Below, piece after piece: positions 40,099-49,267 of a DNA stretch of 64,000 nucleotides (its first letter is position 1; every line of letters starts with the position of its first letter). The notes beneath the pieces are model-generated. The model had not been told where the DNA came from. It ran no database searches and saw nothing but the letters and a program-made list of their open reading frames with translations. Both the position numbers and the translations under genes were made by a program. Source of the DNA: Lachnospiraceae bacterium (GTDB lineage: Bacteria; Bacillota; Clostridia; Lachnospirales; Lachnospiraceae); NCBI GenBank assembly GCA_022788085.1, contig JALEWA010000066.1, positions 6,465 to 70,464 on the forward strand, written 5' to 3'.

Positions 40099-42132
40099 AT
40101 GAATGCACAGAATGAGAGGCAGCAGGAAGAAAAACATCTGCAGGAATGCAGAGAAATCATACATAACAATATTGTGATGTATGAGCAGCAGGTGGAGGCA
40201 AGGCATGAAGAGACGCAGGCTTTGTTTCGGGAGGTACAAAGCGGAAACGTCGAGCTTTATGACCAGATGTTTACCTCGAAAAGTTTAGAGGAGCACAGCA
40301 GGAATCAGCTCAGTAAGAATCAGGCAGCATACGAAAGACCGTTCTTTGGGAGGATTGATTACAAGAATCTGGACGAGAAGCTGTATGAATCCATTTACAT
40401 CGGAAAGCATGGCGTACAGAAGGATCAGACAAATGTTGTAGTAGTAGATTGGCGGGCTCCGATTTCTACGGTCTATTATGAGAACGAGCTTGGAAGGGGC
40501 AGCTACGGTATTCCTGATGGAAGGGAATATGAGATTGATTTGCAGTTAAAGAGAACCTTCGACATCGAAAATGGAAAGCTTCAAGGTTATTATGACAGCG
40601 ATGTGGCTGCAAATGATGAACTTTTAGTAAAATATCTTAGTAAGAACCGAGATGCCGTTCTGGGGGACATCATTGCAACGATTCAAAAGGAACAGAATGC
40701 AATTATCCGCGAAAATCCGTTTCATAATGTCATTGTACAGGGAGTCGCAGGAAGTGGAAAAACCACAGTGGCAATGCACAGGATTTCCTATATCATGTAT
40801 AATTACAAGGAACGTTTTACCTCAAATGAATTCTGTATTGTCGGCGGCAGTGATATTCTGATTGACTACATTACAGGAGGCTTGCCGGAGCTGGATGTAT
40901 ATGATGTGAAGCACATGCGAATGGATGAGCTTCTGACATATCTGCTCAAAAGAGAGTGGAAGAAAAAGTATCAGTTAATAGAACCGGATACCGCCTGTGC
41001 ATGGAAGAGTAAGATACTTTTTGCAAAGGAGCTTGAGAGCTATCTTTTGAATCTTAGAAAACATATTCTTGAAAATAGTGCAGTCATTGACAAGGATTTG
41101 GGAACATTGCTGTCACAGAAGAATAATGACAGGTTCATTGACAGCAATCCAGATTTCTCTATTAATCGTTTGTTGGTCACTCTCGATGAGAGACTTCGGG
41201 CAAGGATAAAACTTCAATCCATGGACAGGGAAGAAGTAGGTATTTATGGCAGAAAGCTTGCCCAATATAAGAATTACTTTGGTTCACATCAGTATAAGGG
41301 AAGTATCGTCACAATCTATGAAAGATTTCTTGAGGTTTATGGAAAGACATATTATATTGATGTTGCGCCGGTTATTGACAGGCTTCATAAAGGCTGTTTC
41401 GATGTATATGATGTAGCGGCACTTGTCATTATTTATTATCGGACAATACAGAAGAAACCGGATGAAGAATTTGGGCAGATGTTTATTGATGAAGCACAGG
41501 ATTTTGGACCGATTGTATATTATGCTTTACGAACAGTACTTCCACAATGCTTTTTTACGATTATGGGCGATGTTTCACAGAACGTGAATTATGAATTCGG
41601 TATGAATGACTGGCGTGATATGAGAGAGAAGATATTCTGTGAGAATACGGATGATTTCAGAGTGCTGGCCAAGAGTTATCGGAATACCATTGAAATATCA
41701 GAATTTGCAGGTAAATTATTGGATAGTGCTTCGAGAGGAGCTTATAAAATAGAACCTGTTATCCGTCATGGAGAACCGGTGCACATGATAGAGAGTATTT
41801 CCATGGAGGAAGCACTGGGATTGGCAGAAGACATTGTTCAAAGAATGCAGGAAAATGGCTATGAGACGATTGCTCTTGTCTGCTTTGATATCGAGACAGC
41901 CGAGGAAATCAGAAGCAGATTACATGGACGTATTCAAATTGAGGACACCTCAAAAAGTGGATTTTCGAAGGGAGTTACTGTATTGACAGTCAAGGAAACA
42001 AAGGGCTTGGAATTTGACTGTGTTCTGTTATGGAAACCGGATTTGAAAGGATATAAGGATAATCCAAAGCTTGCAAAGCAGCTTTATGTTGCAGCGACCA
42101 GAGCTTTACATGAATTGTTTGTTATATCATAA
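40099..42132 (+). CDS. HelD-like SF1 helicase/ATPase (RNA polymerase recycling family)
   Basis: RPFFGRID, DWRAPIS, ATIQKEQ, GVAGSGKT, DEAQD, KGLEFD, YVAATRA. Confidence 0.85.
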   Translation: MNAQNERQQEEKHLQECREIIHNNIVMYEQQVEARHEETQALFREVQSGNVELYDQMFTSKSLEEHSRNQLSKNQAAYERPFFGRIDYKNLDEKLYESIYIGKHGVQKDQTNVVVVDWRAPISTVYYENELGRGSYGIPDGREYEIDLQLKRTFDIENGKLQGYYDSDVAANDELLVKYLSKNRDAVLGDIIATIQKEQNAIIRENPFHNVIVQGVAGSGKTTVAMHRISYIMYNYKERFTSNEFCIVGGSDILIDYITGGLPELDVYDVKHMRMDELLTYLLKREWKKKYQLIEPDTACAWKSKILFAKELESYLLNLRKHILENSAVIDKDLGTLLSQKNNDRFIDSNPDFSINRLLVTLDERLRARIKLQSMDREEVGIYGRKLAQYKNYFGSHQYKGSIVTIYERFLEVYGKTYYIDVAPVIDRLHKGCFDVYDVAALVIIYYRTIQKKPDEEFGQMFIDEAQDFGPIVYYALRTVLPQCFFTIMGDVSQNVNYEFGMNDWRDMREKIFCENTDDFRVLAKSYRNTIEISEFAGKLLDSASRGAYKIEPVIRHGEPVHMIESISMEEALGLAEDIVQRMQENGYETIALVCFDIETAEEIRSRLHGRIQIEDTSKSGFSKGVTVLTVKETKGLEFDCVLLWKPDLKGYKDNPKLAKQLYVAATRALHELFVIS

Positions 42133-42133
42133 G

Positions 42134-42173
42134 AAAGCGACAGGAGTGTCAGATGACATTCCTGTCGCTTTTT
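42134..42173. terminator. Bidirectional terminator
   Basis: AAAGCGACAGGA...TCCTGTCGCTTT between convergent genes. Confidence 0.8.
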
Positions 42174-42190
42174 AGAAGAAACTTATTCAA

Positions 42191-44530
42191 TTAAAAGGTG
42201 ATTTCAATGATATTAGCATTCTTATCCGGTGTAACCAGAGTATCATTTCCATCAATAACAACAAGTCCGTTTACTGCACTCGCTGCATGGAGATTTACCA
42301 TACGGATGGTATATGGCTTATTACCATCACTTGTTACGATAATAGTATGACCCTGACGTTTTATAGAAACGGTCAGTTCAGGAATATTTTCCATACCGTA
42401 CACAACCGTGTCAGCCTTTGCACCATCGTGAAGGGCATAAACACGAAGCTCACAGCCATCTGCATAATCATAATCAGGTCTGTCATCATGGGCACCGATT
42501 GCTACGATGGAGTTCTCGCGAACCATAAGTGGAATACTTAAGTAGCTGTGCGTTTCCTCTACCCATGTACCTCCCTTGTATTCCTTACCGGTAAAGAAGT
42601 TGGTCCAGATTCCTTTTGGCAGGTAATATTCTGCACGGCTCTCATCATTGAAGATTGGAGCAACTAACAGGTTATCACCTAACATATACTGTTTGTCAAG
42701 ATACTGGCAGTTCTTATCAGAAGTAAATTCCAGAACCATACTTCTCATAGTAGGAATACCGGTAGTAGAAGCAGTAATTGAAGTCTGATACAGGTATGGC
42801 ATCAGCCTTGCCTTTAATCTTGTGAAGTAGCGTACTACATCAACGGCTTCATCATCATATACCCAGGGAACACGGTAAGAAGAACTTCCGTGCAGACGGC
42901 TGTGTGAAGACAGAAGACCGAAAGCAACCCAACGCTTGTATACATCAGCGGTAGAGGTATTCTCAAAGCCACCAATATCATGTGCCCAGAATCCAAAACC
43001 GGACATACACAAGGAGAGCCCGCCACGAAGACTTTCTTCCATGGATTCATAATCTGACCAGCAGTCACCGCCCCAGTGAACAGGGAACTTTTGACCACCT
43101 ACGGTTGCGGAACGGGCAAAGAGTACTGCCTGACCTTTTCCACGCTTACGCTCCAATAATTCGTATACGCATTTGTTATATAAATATGTATAGTAATTGT
43201 GCATTTTCTTAGGGTCTGAACCATCATAATAAACAGCATCCGTAGGAATTCTTTCGCCGAAGTCTGTTTTAAAGCAGTCAACACCCATATCAAGAAGAAC
43301 TTCCAATTTATTCTGGAACCATTTCCAGGCTTCCGGGTTGGTGAAGTCTACGATTGCCATTCCGGGCTGCCACATATCCCATTGCCATACCTGACCATTA
43401 GGACGCTTGATGAAGTACCCCTTTTCCATACCTTCTTTGAACAGCACAGATTCCTGACCAATGTATGAATTGATCCATACACAGATGTTAAGTCCTTTGT
43501 CCTTGATGCGCTTCAATAAACCTGCAGGATCAGGGAATACCCTGTTATCCCAAAGGAAATCGCTCCAATGGAATTCCTTCATCCAGAAGCAGTCAAAGTG
43601 GAAGGTACGAAGAGGGATTCCTCTGTCTAACATACCGTCAATGAAGCTCATAACAGTTGCTTCATCGTAATTTGTTGTAAAAGAAGTAGAGAGCCATAAT
43701 CCGAAGGTCCATGGAGCCGGAAGTGATGGCTTACCTGTAATATCTGTATAACGAACGAGGACATCCTTCATAGTAGGTCCGTTGATCAGGAAATAATCAA
43801 GATAGCAGCCTTCTACGGAGAATTCTGTCCTTGTTACCATTTCTGTAGCGATTTCAAAGGAAACCTTTTCAGGATGGTTTACGAATACACCATAACCTTT
43901 GTTGGAAATATAGAATGGAATATTCTTATAGGACTGTTCTGTACTTGTACCACCGTCTGCATTCCAGATATCAACAGACTGACCGTTTTTAATAAATGGT
44001 GTGAAGCGTTCGCCAAGTCCATAGATTAATTCGCCAACGCCGAGACTTAACTGCTGGCGGATATAGGTATCAGCATTATCACCCTTGTCATAAGCAAGAC
44101 CCTTCCAATCAGTTTTCATAAGGGCAAGGTCACGGCCTTTGGATTCGGTGATAAGTTTACCATTTCTGGTGTATTTCATATACCATTGATTCTTTCCAAT
44201 CTCAAGAGAAAGAGAGCCGCTTGTGATGATGATACGCTCCTCATTTTCATCAACCTGAAGAGGAATGGGATTTGCTTCAATTTCAAAGGCGGGCTCCTGT
44301 ACTACAGCGCCAAGATGATGATAAGTCTGTAGACGAATGACCTCTTCCATAGGAGAAGTGATAACTAAGGTAAGATTGATGCCACCTAAGGTATCACCTC
44401 TGTGATTGATTCTGTTGGTTGGAGCACATATGGTAACTTTATCTTTTTCTACTTTTGTGAAATAAGCCTGCTGCGGAGCAAAGCATTCACAACCTTCCTG
44501 CTGAAGCCAGCAGCCATTACTGAATTTCAT
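42191..44530 (-). CDS. yicI: GH31 alpha-xylosidase (YicI-type)
   Basis: MKFSNGCW start (ATG 44530), HFDCFWM, FKTDFGER nucleophile, WGGDC, HDIGGF. Confidence 0.93.
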   Translation of the reverse strand: MKFSNGCWLQQEGCECFAPQQAYFTKVEKDKVTICAPTNRINHRGDTLGGINLTLVITSPMEEVIRLQTYHHLGAVVQEPAFEIEANPIPLQVDENEERIIITSGSLSLEIGKNQWYMKYTRNGKLITESKGRDLALMKTDWKGLAYDKGDNADTYIRQQLSLGVGELIYGLGERFTPFIKNGQSVDIWNADGGTSTEQSYKNIPFYISNKGYGVFVNHPEKVSFEIATEMVTRTEFSVEGCYLDYFLINGPTMKDVLVRYTDITGKPSLPAPWTFGLWLSTSFTTNYDEATVMSFIDGMLDRGIPLRTFHFDCFWMKEFHWSDFLWDNRVFPDPAGLLKRIKDKGLNICVWINSYIGQESVLFKEGMEKGYFIKRPNGQVWQWDMWQPGMAIVDFTNPEAWKWFQNKLEVLLDMGVDCFKTDFGERIPTDAVYYDGSDPKKMHNYYTYLYNKCVYELLERKRGKGQAVLFARSATVGGQKFPVHWGGDCWSDYESMEESLRGGLSLCMSGFGFWAHDIGGFENTSTADVYKRWVAFGLLSSHSRLHGSSSYRVPWVYDDEAVDVVRYFTRLKARLMPYLYQTSITASTTGIPTMRSMVLEFTSDKNCQYLDKQYMLGDNLLVAPIFNDESRAEYYLPKGIWTNFFTGKEYKGGTWVEETHSYLSIPLMVRENSIVAIGAHDDRPDYDYADGCELRVYALHDGAKADTVVYGMENIPELTVSIKRQGHTIIVTSDGNKPYTIRMVNLHAASAVNGLVVIDGNDTLVTPDKNANIIEITF

Positions 44531-44846
44531 TGTAATACCTCTTTCTGTGCCGGATGAGTATTGATCAGCCTGATTGCGGTACAGTCCCGGCACGGACATG
44601 TATACCGGATACATAATATCTTGAAAACATGAATTACTTTCAAGACAGGTTCTGAATAACTATTACAATTTTAACATAATGCAAGAAAAGATAAATGTAA
44701 AAAATAGAGATATTTATTGTAATTATCAGTACAATTGGAAGGAGAATATGATATGATATATTAATAAGGATAAGTAACTATAGAGATAATGAATAGTTGC
44801 GAAGGTATTTGGGTTAGGGCAAATAATATAGAAGGAGGCATTAACT

Positions 44847-46445
44847 ATGAAATTGACATTTGTTGGTGCAGATCATCAGGTTACGGGAAGCTGTCATTAT
44901 TTACAGGCATGTGGTAAGAACATATTGGTTGACTGTGGTATGCAGCAGGGAGCAAATCCGTTTGAGTGTTGTGATATTCCGGTGGAAGAAGCGAAGCTTG
45001 ATTATGTATTTCTGACACATGCGCATGTAGATCACTCAGGCAATCTGCCACTTTTGTATGCAAGAGGTTTTCGCGGTCAGATATTTACGACAGAGGCATC
45101 AGCAGACTTGTGTTCCATTATGCTTCGTGACTGTGCACACATTCAGATGCAGGAAGCAGAGTGGAAGAACCGGAAAGCGAAGAGAAGCTCCGGCTCACAG
45201 ATAATTGAGCCTCTTTACAAGATGGAGGATGCAGATGGCATTATCCGTAGGATTGTTCCCTGCGCTTATGACCAGATGGTTGAAATTTGTGAGGGTATAT
45301 CGATTCGTTTTACGGATATCGGACACTTGCTTGGTTCCTCCAGTATTGAAGTATGGCTGACAGAAGGAGATATTACGAAGAAAATTGTCTTTTCCGGTGA
45401 TATCGGAAATAAGGATCAGCCATTGATTAAGGACCCGATTTATACGAAGGAAGCAGACTATGTTGTTATGGAATCAACCTATGGCGACAGACTGCATACA
45501 AAAGAGAAGCCGGAATATGTAAAGGATCTTGCGGAAGTGATCAATCGTACATTCGCAAGAGGAGGAAATGTTGTGATTCCTTCCTTTGCAGTGGGCAGAA
45601 CACAGGAAATGCTTTATTTCTTAAGAAAGATAAAGGCTGATAATCTGATTCCCGATTTTCCTAAGTTTGAAGTCTATGTGGATAGTCCTCTTGCAGTAGA
45701 AGCAACAGGTGTTTTTCAAAAGAATATATATAGCTGTTTTGATGAAGAAGCAATGGAACTTGTGAATTCAGGTATCAATCCATTGACGTTTCCGGGATTA
45801 AAGCTAGCCATCACAAGTGATGAATCTAAGCAGATTAACTTTGATGATAAGCCAAAGGTTATAATCTCGGCAAGCGGTATGTGTGAAGCCGGAAGAATCA
45901 GGCATCATTTGAAGCATAATCTGTGGAGACCGGAATGTACCATCCTTTTTGTTGGCTATCAGGCAGCAGGAACTTTAGGAAGGGTATTGATTGATGGCGT
46001 GGATGAGGTTAAACTCTTTGGTGAAAGTGTTGGAGTAAGAGCCGATATCAGACAGCTTCCGGGATTAAGCGGTCATGCTGACAAGAATGGTCTGATTGAG
46101 TGGGTAAATGCTTTTGAGAAGAAACCGGACAGGGTATTTGTCGTACATGGCGAGGATAGTGTATGTAATCTTTTTACAGAGTGTCTGAAGATAGAACATG
46201 GACATAATGCATATGCGCCTTATTCCGGAACGAGAGTTGATCTGATTACCAATACGATTGAATATGAAGCAGCACCTGTTGTCGTGAAGAAACGTGTATT
46301 TATTGTGTCCGATGTATTCCAGAGACTATTGGCAGCAGGACAGAGACTCATTTCTGTTATTCATAAGAATGAGGGTGGTGCCAATAAGGATCTGGCAAAG
46401 TTTGCTGACCAGATTAATGCATTGTGCGACAAGTGGGAAAGATGA
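44847..46445 (+). CDS. MBL-fold beta-CASP ribonuclease (YSH1/CPSF-like family)
   Basis: VTGSCH, LTHAHVDHSG, GHLLGS, MESTYGDR, SGHAD, VHGE. Confidence 0.9.
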   Translation: MKLTFVGADHQVTGSCHYLQACGKNILVDCGMQQGANPFECCDIPVEEAKLDYVFLTHAHVDHSGNLPLLYARGFRGQIFTTEASADLCSIMLRDCAHIQMQEAEWKNRKAKRSSGSQIIEPLYKMEDADGIIRRIVPCAYDQMVEICEGISIRFTDIGHLLGSSSIEVWLTEGDITKKIVFSGDIGNKDQPLIKDPIYTKEADYVVMESTYGDRLHTKEKPEYVKDLAEVINRTFARGGNVVIPSFAVGRTQEMLYFLRKIKADNLIPDFPKFEVYVDSPLAVEATGVFQKNIYSCFDEEAMELVNSGINPLTFPGLKLAITSDESKQINFDDKPKVIISASGMCEAGRIRHHLKHNLWRPECTILFVGYQAAGTLGRVLIDGVDEVKLFGESVGVRADIRQLPGLSGHADKNGLIEWVNAFEKKPDRVFVVHGEDSVCNLFTECLKIEHGHNAYAPYSGTRVDLITNTIEYEAAPVVVKKRVFIVSDVFQRLLAAGQRLISVIHKNEGGANKDLAKFADQINALCDKWER

Positions 46446-46465
46446 AAGGAGCATAATTTTTAAAA

Positions 46466-47146
46466 ATGGCAAAGGTAACAATCATTAGCGAGACACCAAA
46501 GAATCCGATTACGTTGATGGGGGAGCGCGCCGGCGTTTGCTGGGGTGCTGATATCACGAATCAGGAGAAAAACTATAAGAGAGGCTTAGATTGTATTAAA
46601 TCCGGTCATCACCGCGTTATGGAATATGTGAATGTGGAAATGATTCTGGATGGATATTCTGCCCGCGTAATCAGGGAGTGGTATACACATATCGGTGGTG
46701 CGCCAACGAGATTGCAGGCAAGCACAAGATACATCAATTACAAGGATTTTGAGTATATTATTCCGCCAACGATTGAAAGCAATGAGGAGGCTAAGAAGAT
46801 CTATATGGATACCATGCAGCAGATTACTGATGCATGCAGCCAGTTGGAGGCACAATTTGGTATACCCAGAGAAGATGCTGCTATGCTTCTGCCACTCGGT
46901 ATGGGAACGAAAATTGTAGATAAGCGAAATCTGCGTAATCTGATTGAAATGTCACATCAGAGGTTATGTACCAGAGCTTATTGGGAATACCGCAGGCTCA
47001 TGCAGGATATCATGAAAGAACTTACGGCTTATTCGAAGGAATGGGCATATCTTGTGGAGCATTATTTCCAGCCTAAATGTGAACTGGCAGGTTTCTGCAC
47101 CGAGAAAAAGAGCTGTGGACGAAAACCGCCGCTACAGGCAGAGTAA
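46466..47146 (+). CDS. thyX: FAD-dependent thymidylate synthase (variant signature)
   Basis: KSGHHRVMEY, QASTRY, GIPREDAAMLLP, NLRNLIEMSHQRLCTRAYWEYR. Confidence 0.85.
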   Translation: MAKVTIISETPKNPITLMGERAGVCWGADITNQEKNYKRGLDCIKSGHHRVMEYVNVEMILDGYSARVIREWYTHIGGAPTRLQASTRYINYKDFEYIIPPTIESNEEAKKIYMDTMQQITDACSQLEAQFGIPREDAAMLLPLGMGTKIVDKRNLRNLIEMSHQRLCTRAYWEYRRLMQDIMKELTAYSKEWAYLVEHYFQPKCELAGFCTEKKSCGRKPPLQAE

Positions 47147-47164
47147 GCAAAAGGAGAAGACATC

Positions 47165-47653
47165 ATGAATATTATTGTAGCAGCAGACAGAAATTGGGGA
47201 ATTGGTAAAAATAACAGTCTTCTGGTTCAGATCCCACGTGACCAGAAAATGTTTCGAGAGATGACGACAGGTAAGGTAGTCGTTATGGGAAGAAAGACTC
47301 TCGAGTCTTTGCCGCAGAAGCAGCCGTTGGCAAACCGCACCAATATTGTTTTGTCCGAGAATCCCAAATTTAAAATAAAGGGTGCCATAGTAGTTCATTC
47401 CATGGATGAACTGATGGAAGAGCTGAAGAAATACGATGATGATGATATCTATATAGTCGGAGGAGAATCTGTTTACAGACAACTGCTTCCTTATTGTAAT
47501 ACTGCTCATGTAACGAAGATTGATTATACCTATGAGGCTGATGCTCATTTCCCAAATCTTGATGAACTGCAGGAGTGGCATATCACGGCAGACAGTGAGG
47601 AACAGACATATTTTGATTTGGAGTATGTATTCCTGAAGTATGAGAGAAAATAG
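47165..47653 (+). CDS. folA: Dihydrofolate reductase
   Basis: NWGIGKNNSL, VVMGRKTLES, PLANRTNIVLS, IVGG, ADAHFP. Confidence 0.95.
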   Translation: MNIIVAADRNWGIGKNNSLLVQIPRDQKMFREMTTGKVVVMGRKTLESLPQKQPLANRTNIVLSENPKFKIKGAIVVHSMDELMEELKKYDDDDIYIVGGESVYRQLLPYCNTAHVTKIDYTYEADAHFPNLDELQEWHITADSEEQTYFDLEYVFLKYERK

Positions 47654-47741
47654 CCATAACTTTATGTAATATCCATTATGAATATAGGTTAAAATATATC
47701 AATTTTTGTTATAAAAACATGATGTTTTCAACCTTTTTCGA

Positions 47742-47770
47742 TTGACATTTTTTAACACAAGGACGATAAT
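47742..47770 (+). promoter_or_regulatory. SigA promoter of ilvE
   Basis: TTGACA (47742-47747), 17 bp, GATAAT (47765-47770). Confidence 0.7.
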
Positions 47771-47780
47771 GTTGTTAACA

Positions 47781-47956
47781 ATTCATAACTGCAAGCTTGT
47801 TGGAACAGATGTATCAGGATGCTTGCATACTGAGGCATCTGTTTCAATAAGCTTATAGGATGGACATCCGAAGCGAGGAAATCTGAAGGATTTTCGAGCG
47901 TGCAGTTATGAATACAACTGTACCCCGAGGGATTTTCGAGCGTGCAGTTATGAATA
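47781..47956 (+). repeat. Nested inverted-repeat element with a 27-bp direct duplication in the ilvE 5' leader
   Basis: ATTCATAACTGCA (47781) is complementary to TGCAGTTATGAAT (47901 and 47943). 18-bp inner stem 47794-47811/47836-47853. GGATTTTCGAGCGTGCAGTTATGAATA at 47888 and 47930. Confidence 0.8.
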
Positions 47957-48005
47957 ATTCATAAACAATAAACGTAAGAAATAAATATTAAGGGAGAAAT
48001 GTGTC

Positions 48006-49028
48006 ATGGAAAAGAAGAATATGGACTGGTCAACTCTTGGCTTCGGTTATCATCAGACAGAGAAGAGATATGTTACAAATTATAAGAACGGAGCATGGGA
48101 TGAAGGTGTCATTACAGAGGACGCTAACATTGTATTAAATGAGTGTGCAGGCGTGTTACAGTATGCACAGACATGTTTTGAAGGATTAAAGGCATATACA
48201 ACTGAAGATGGACGTACCGTAGTATTCCGTCCTGATCTGAATGCACAGCGTATGTATGACAGCTGTAAGAGACTTGAGATGCCTACCTTACCGGAAGGAC
48301 GTTTTGTAGAGGCTGTTAAGGCAGTTGTTAAGGCAAATGAAGCATATGTTCCACCATTTGGTTCAGGGGCAACTTTATATCTCCGTCCTTATATGTTTGG
48401 AACGAATCCTGTTATTGGTGTAAAGCCTGCTGAAGAATATCAGTTCAGAATCTTTGCTACACCTGTTGGACCATATTTCAAGGGTGGCGCAAAGCCTATT
48501 ACAATCTGTGTCAGCGATTTTGACCGTGCGGCACCACATGGTACAGGTCATATCAAGGCTGGATTAAACTACGCAATGAGCTTACATGCCATTGTGACAG
48601 CACATGCAAACGGATTTGACGAGAATATGTATCTTGATCCGGCAACAAGAACAAAGGTTGAGGAAACAGGTGGTGCAAACTTCCTGTTCGTAACAAAGGA
48701 CAACAAGGTAGTAACTCCGAAGTCTAATAGTATCTTACCTTCCATTACACGTCGTTCTTTGATGGTTGTTGCGAAAGAATATCTTGGATTAGAGGTAGAG
48801 GAAAGAGAAGTTCTTTTTGAAGAAGTTAAAGATTTTGCAGAATGTGGTCTTTGTGGTACAGCAGCAGTTATTTCCCCTGTTGGAAAGATTGTTGACCATG
48901 GCAAGGAAATCTGCCTGCCAAGCGGTATGGATGAAATGGGACCTGTAACGAAGAAGCTTTATGATACTTTAACAGGTATCCAGATGGGACGTATCAAGGC
49001 TCCTGAAGGATGGGTTGTTGAGATTTAA
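48006..49028 (+). CDS. ilvE: Branched-chain amino acid aminotransferase
   Basis: LQYAQTCFEGLKAY, LYLRPY, IKAGLNY (PLP Lys), EETGGAN, ILPSITR, CGTAAVISP. Confidence 0.95.
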   Translation: MEKKNMDWSTLGFGYHQTEKRYVTNYKNGAWDEGVITEDANIVLNECAGVLQYAQTCFEGLKAYTTEDGRTVVFRPDLNAQRMYDSCKRLEMPTLPEGRFVEAVKAVVKANEAYVPPFGSGATLYLRPYMFGTNPVIGVKPAEEYQFRIFATPVGPYFKGGAKPITICVSDFDRAAPHGTGHIKAGLNYAMSLHAIVTAHANGFDENMYLDPATRTKVEETGGANFLFVTKDNKVVTPKSNSILPSITRRSLMVVAKEYLGLEVEEREVLFEEVKDFAECGLCGTAAVISPVGKIVDHGKEICLPSGMDEMGPVTKKLYDTLTGIQMGRIKAPEGWVVEI

Positions 49029-49045
49029 TATGAAAAATTCTTGTA

Positions 49046-49074
49046 AGATGATGCCGCTGGGCATCATCTTTTTT
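49046..49074 (+). terminator. Terminator after ilvE, identical to the copy at 31361
   Basis: AGATGATGCC-GCTG-GGCATCATCT plus T run. Confidence 0.85.
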
Positions 49075-49267
49075 GTAATAGGTAATTGCTGTAACGTAGT
49101 GGAAGTTAATCAAGAATTTGCAAGGCAAATTCTTGTAGCGTTTGCTGTTGAGCAAACGCTTTTTTTTACATACAATTTGTTGCGTTATGTTAACAAATCA
49201 TATATACTTTATTGTAGAAAAATGTAAGAAATTCTAAGATATTGCCGATAGGAAGGGGAGTGAAGGC

